NCBI GenBank assembly: GCA_011109175.1
Contig: RDEW01000016.1
Span: forward strand, 806,705 to 856,322
Reading direction: 5' to 3'
Origin: Dicyema japonicum
Taxonomy: Eukaryota; Animalia; Dicyemida
Length of the DNA: 49,618 bases
Positions 48,416 through 49,618 of this stretch are shown here, one piece after another; position 1 is the stretch's first letter; every line of letters begins with the position of its first letter. A model generated the notes under the pieces. The model was not told where the DNA came from, did not search any database, and saw nothing but the letters and a program-made list of their open reading frames with translations. Made by a program: the position numbers and the translations under genes.

Positions 48416-48575
48416 CTATCTCTTGGAAAAATTATATGAAGATCGAAGCCAGTCAAAAAAGGGCATGTAAAGTTATGGAGCGATGGACTACTGGACAGGT
48501 TCCCTTTCCAAGACCACAGAATTTTTTAATCAATATAAACTGAAAAGCGTGCCCGTGCGTGCGACTACGAACATG

Positions 48576-48911
48576 CAGTTTACGGCTAATACGTACTTAT
48601 GTATGCTCGAAGGAGGTTCATAGTGCCAAGTTGAAGTCTCTGATGGAATGTGTCTGTATCATGTAAGTTGTTAGGTTGGTGTTAATAGTGATCTTTGGAA
48701 TTTTTCATTTCAAGCACCCAATGCCTATCCTTGTGCAAAAAATACAGTTTACGGCTAATACGTACTTATGTATGCTCGAAGGAGGTTCATAGTGCCAAGT
48801 TGAAGTCTCTGATGGAATGTGTCTGTATCATGTAAGTTGTTAGGTTGGTGTTAATAGTGATCTTTGGAATTTTTCATTTCAAGCACCCAATGCCTATCCT
48901 TGTGCAAAAAA
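48576..48911. repeat. Essentially perfect tandem duplication, period 169 bp
   Basis: cagtttacggctaatacg...ccttgtgcaaaaaa at 48576-48744 and 48745-48911. Confidence 0.92.
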
Positions 48912-49162
48912 GATCTCGCTCTTCTCTACTCCACTCAAGGGATTCCCACAATGGCTGATATCGATGGGCTGTTGTTTGTAAAGATGTGTCTGATTCAGAC
49001 CGTATGAACTCAGTAAAGGACTCTTTCCTTCTATTTTACCCAATAGGGCAATAAATAGATTAAACTACAACAGAACAACTTGCAATATATAATGAGGAAT
49101 AAAGTTTATTAAGACCAAATTATCAAGGATTAAGTCATCAACAATGAAAAAAACGAATTCAA

Positions 49163-49618
49163 TTATTTCCAATCAACTTTGATTTTCTTGTTGATAGACA
49201 AGGTTCTGACAATAAAAACAAGAACAATGAATAAATAGACAGATGCGACTATAAGGAAGTAGTTAAATCCTCCCTTTAAAGTATCAAAATAATCCGATGG
49301 ATTTATTAAAGTACAGAAAATATCTAAAAATGAATAAAATTATCAAACCCTGTCCATATGCTACGACAATTCCAGTTGATTCAAAATAGGTGGGTGAGGA
49401 TTTGATACCAGTTACGTTTTTAACTCTGTGATAGTAAGAAAGATAATAAAATGGAGATATCTGAATAAGTGGTTCGTATTCAATTGGATGATTAAAACTA
49501 AAGAAATAAAATATTAAAAAACATAGAATCCAAACTGACTTCATCGGAAAGCTTACGTCTAGAATCCAGAATATATTTTGGGACTTCTGCAACAACTCCA
49601 TCAACAAAGCTCACTAAA
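49163..49618 (-). CDS. EMC1: ER membrane protein complex subunit 1, 3' end (runs off the window)
   Basis: VAEVPKYILDSRR..YLSYYHRVKNVTGIKSSPTYFESTGIVVAYG.|DIFCTLINPSDYFDTLK..FNY.LI + TM helix + terminal ..DWK* (needs a 1-nt correction near 49178). Confidence 0.88.

Larger units (their letters stand above)
47600..49010 (+). mobile_element. APE-type LINE C-terminal remnant interrupted by a SINE
   Basis: KNLGVTFD....SQHVDNV..YEQYIEPCFLYACASW before the SINE; ISW..MKIEASQKRACKV resumes after 48420, matching ISWTNAQRIAATQKRAF in the 17235 copy. Confidence 0.7.

Noticed and set aside
1-49618. rRNA, snRNA, spliced-leader RNA, LTR elements or telomeric repeats
   Set aside because: No conserved rRNA/snRNA signatures, paired LTRs with PBS/PPT or telomeric arrays were recognised. 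Divergent ncRNAs could have been missed without a covariance search.

Overview
AT-rich eukaryotic (animal-type) nuclear DNA. Most host genes are invisible in the ORF track because they are split by very small spliceosomal introns (mostly 21-31 nt). Splicing these by eye recovers ten recognisable genes: GH35 beta-galactosidase-like, PSMB3, a short intronless Myc-like bHLH-ZIP, a short TPX2-like protein, C1QBP/p32, EXOC1/Sec3, ACBP/DBI, an SLK/LOK-type STE20 kinase, an SLC6 transporter and the 3' end of EMC1. Animal genes with introns this small fit a dicyemid-type parasite genome (inference, not proven). Roughly half the window is mobile DNA: more than a dozen CRE-type RT/RLE retrotransposon pieces (several with clear target-site duplications), APE-type LINE remnants, one other RLE element, two tRNA-derived SINE families, hAT (Charlie/GTF2IRD2-like) and pogo remnants, and a 3,005-bp RTE inserted into an SLC6 coding exon with a perfect 13-bp TSD. 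The RTE carries a GT donor and an AG acceptor near its ends that would splice it out in frame. Other notable items are a 24-nt GC-AG intron and a 118-bp copy of nearby sequence inserted with an 18-bp TSD. Seven of the ten genes carry single-base indels, mostly in A/T runs, which look like assembly errors. All identifications come from motif recognition by eye; no database search was run. Boundaries of degenerate repeats are approximate.
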